DNA of 64,000 bases from Octopus sinensis (Eukaryota): positions 55,986,001 through 56,050,000 of the forward strand of contig NC_043009.1 of NCBI RefSeq assembly GCF_006345805.1, in the 5' to 3' direction. Under the pieces are notes generated by a model. It was not told the DNA's origin. It saw only the letters and a list, made by a program, of their open reading frames with translations, and made no database searches. Position numbers and translations under genes: made by a program. Positions 62,665 through 64,000 of the stretch are shown piece after piece (position 1 is the first letter of the stretch; each line of letters starts with the position of its first letter).

Positions 62665-62828
62665 GGTGGCGAGCTGGCAGAAACGTTAGCACGCTGGGCG
62701 AAATGCCTAGCAGTATTTCGTCTGCCGCTACGTTCTAAGTTCAAATTCCGCCGAGATCGACTTTGCCTTTCATCCTTTCGGGGTCGATAAATTAAGTAAC
62801 AGTTAAGCACTTGGGTCGATATGATCGA

Positions 62829-62830
<2 letters not shown>
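62665..62830 (+). mobile_element. SINE family 2, truncated by (AT)n
   Basis: Head and core present. Confidence 0.85.
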
Positions 62831-62880
<50 letters not shown>

Positions 62881-63245
62881 ACATACTAAGTATGTCTGCC
62901 TGCTGGAAATAACAGTCAAAACTCTTATTTAAATCGTCCTTTGATTAATTTTAATTTTAATCATTCAGCTATTTAATGCTTTTCTTGGGCATGCGATCGC
63001 CTGTATTATTAATTCTGCTATTATCATTTTTTTAAATAGACATTCTTGATGATAAGGGTGACACGAAGTGAAAACTGAACCATGAACCGCGTGGTTGGGA
63101 AGCAAGCTTCTTACCACACAGCCACGCCTGCCCCCGTTTGACTTACTGTTTGGTAGTGGTAGGCCAGTCAGTAGCAGCGGCGGCAGTAATGTGGTGTGGT
63201 GGGTTGATGCTGTTGTTGGTGTTGTAGTTGAGCTGTGGTAGTGAC

Positions 63246-63312
<67 letters not shown>

Positions 63313-63524
63313 GTTTAGAGAGCATCAATACGAACGTGGTGGGGCTGTGGTTGGGGTTATATGTTTATGTATAGGTTAGGGGATATAGTTATGACTGGTG
63401 GTTTAGTTTTTGTTGTTGTTACTGAGGTGAAGCTGATGATGCTCGTGGTGCTGGTGGTGGCTTTGACTGTTTGGTGATTTAGGTGTTGTTGTTCTTGCTG
63501 CTGCTGCTGCTACTGCTGCTGTTG

Positions 63525-63830
63525 AGCGAACGGTCCTCGTCCCAGAGCTCGCAAGATGAGAGAAGTCCGAAACGTAGTCCTTTGCTATTCGTAAGACCCG
63601 CAGAAGAGAAAGCAGGTCAACCCCCGACACCGAGAGCATCGACGGATGGATGAATGCGCATCCAGGCTCAGCGGTTGCGTAGAAAGTCGGGGGACAAGAA
63701 ACAGGAAGAAAGAGTGAGAGAAAGCTGGAGCGGAAGAGTACAACAGGGGTCACCACCATACCCTGCTGGAGCCTCGTGGAGCTTTAGGTGTCTTCGCTCA
63801 ATAAACACACACAACACCCGGTCTGGGATG
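63525..63830 (-). mobile_element. SINE family 3, tail type d, head truncated
   Basis: Shares ccagaccgggtgttgtgtgtgtttattgagcgaagacacctaaagctccacgagg with the other family 3 copies and has a different tail. Confidence 0.75.
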
Positions 63831-64000
63831 ATACCATATAGGAGCATGATGTGCTGACATATGATACAGTGTTTTTGTTAGTTATTGTCGTATGTTGACG
63901 TGATAGTGGTCGTGGGGTATCACGACCTGGTTGTGATCATGCCACTGGTGCCAAGCTGTATCGTCCTTTCCCTTTCCCTTGGCTAACATCGGTGGCGTGT

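Overview
AT-rich animal DNA, most likely coleoid cephalopod (Octopus). This assignment rests on recognising the SINE families and the extreme microsatellite load, not on a database search. No intact host protein-coding gene is recognisable, so the window reads as intergenic DNA or a very large intron. Most listed ORFs are translations of (AC)n, (AT)n, (ATAC)n, (GATA)n or triplet repeats, or of SINE bodies. The window holds three abundant tRNA-derived SINE families (more than 25 copies) and LINE remnants (Tx1/L1, RTE, CR1). It also holds DNA-transposon remnants (near-full Tc1, two mariners, Tigger/pogo, Helitron, hAT- and piggyBac-like MITEs) and many Penelope-like pseudo-LTR fragments. The most interesting signal is a set of short non-coding elements in (AT)n tracts that carry minimal type I hammerhead ribozyme motifs. 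Four are head-to-head fold-backs (13.2, 28.7, 48.4 and 48.8 kb), and their two arms share locus-specific variants. A further hammerhead at 30.2 kb has a 60-nt stem II insert. A (GATA)n-embedded Tx1 LINE has a 50-bp snap-back duplication at its 5' end.
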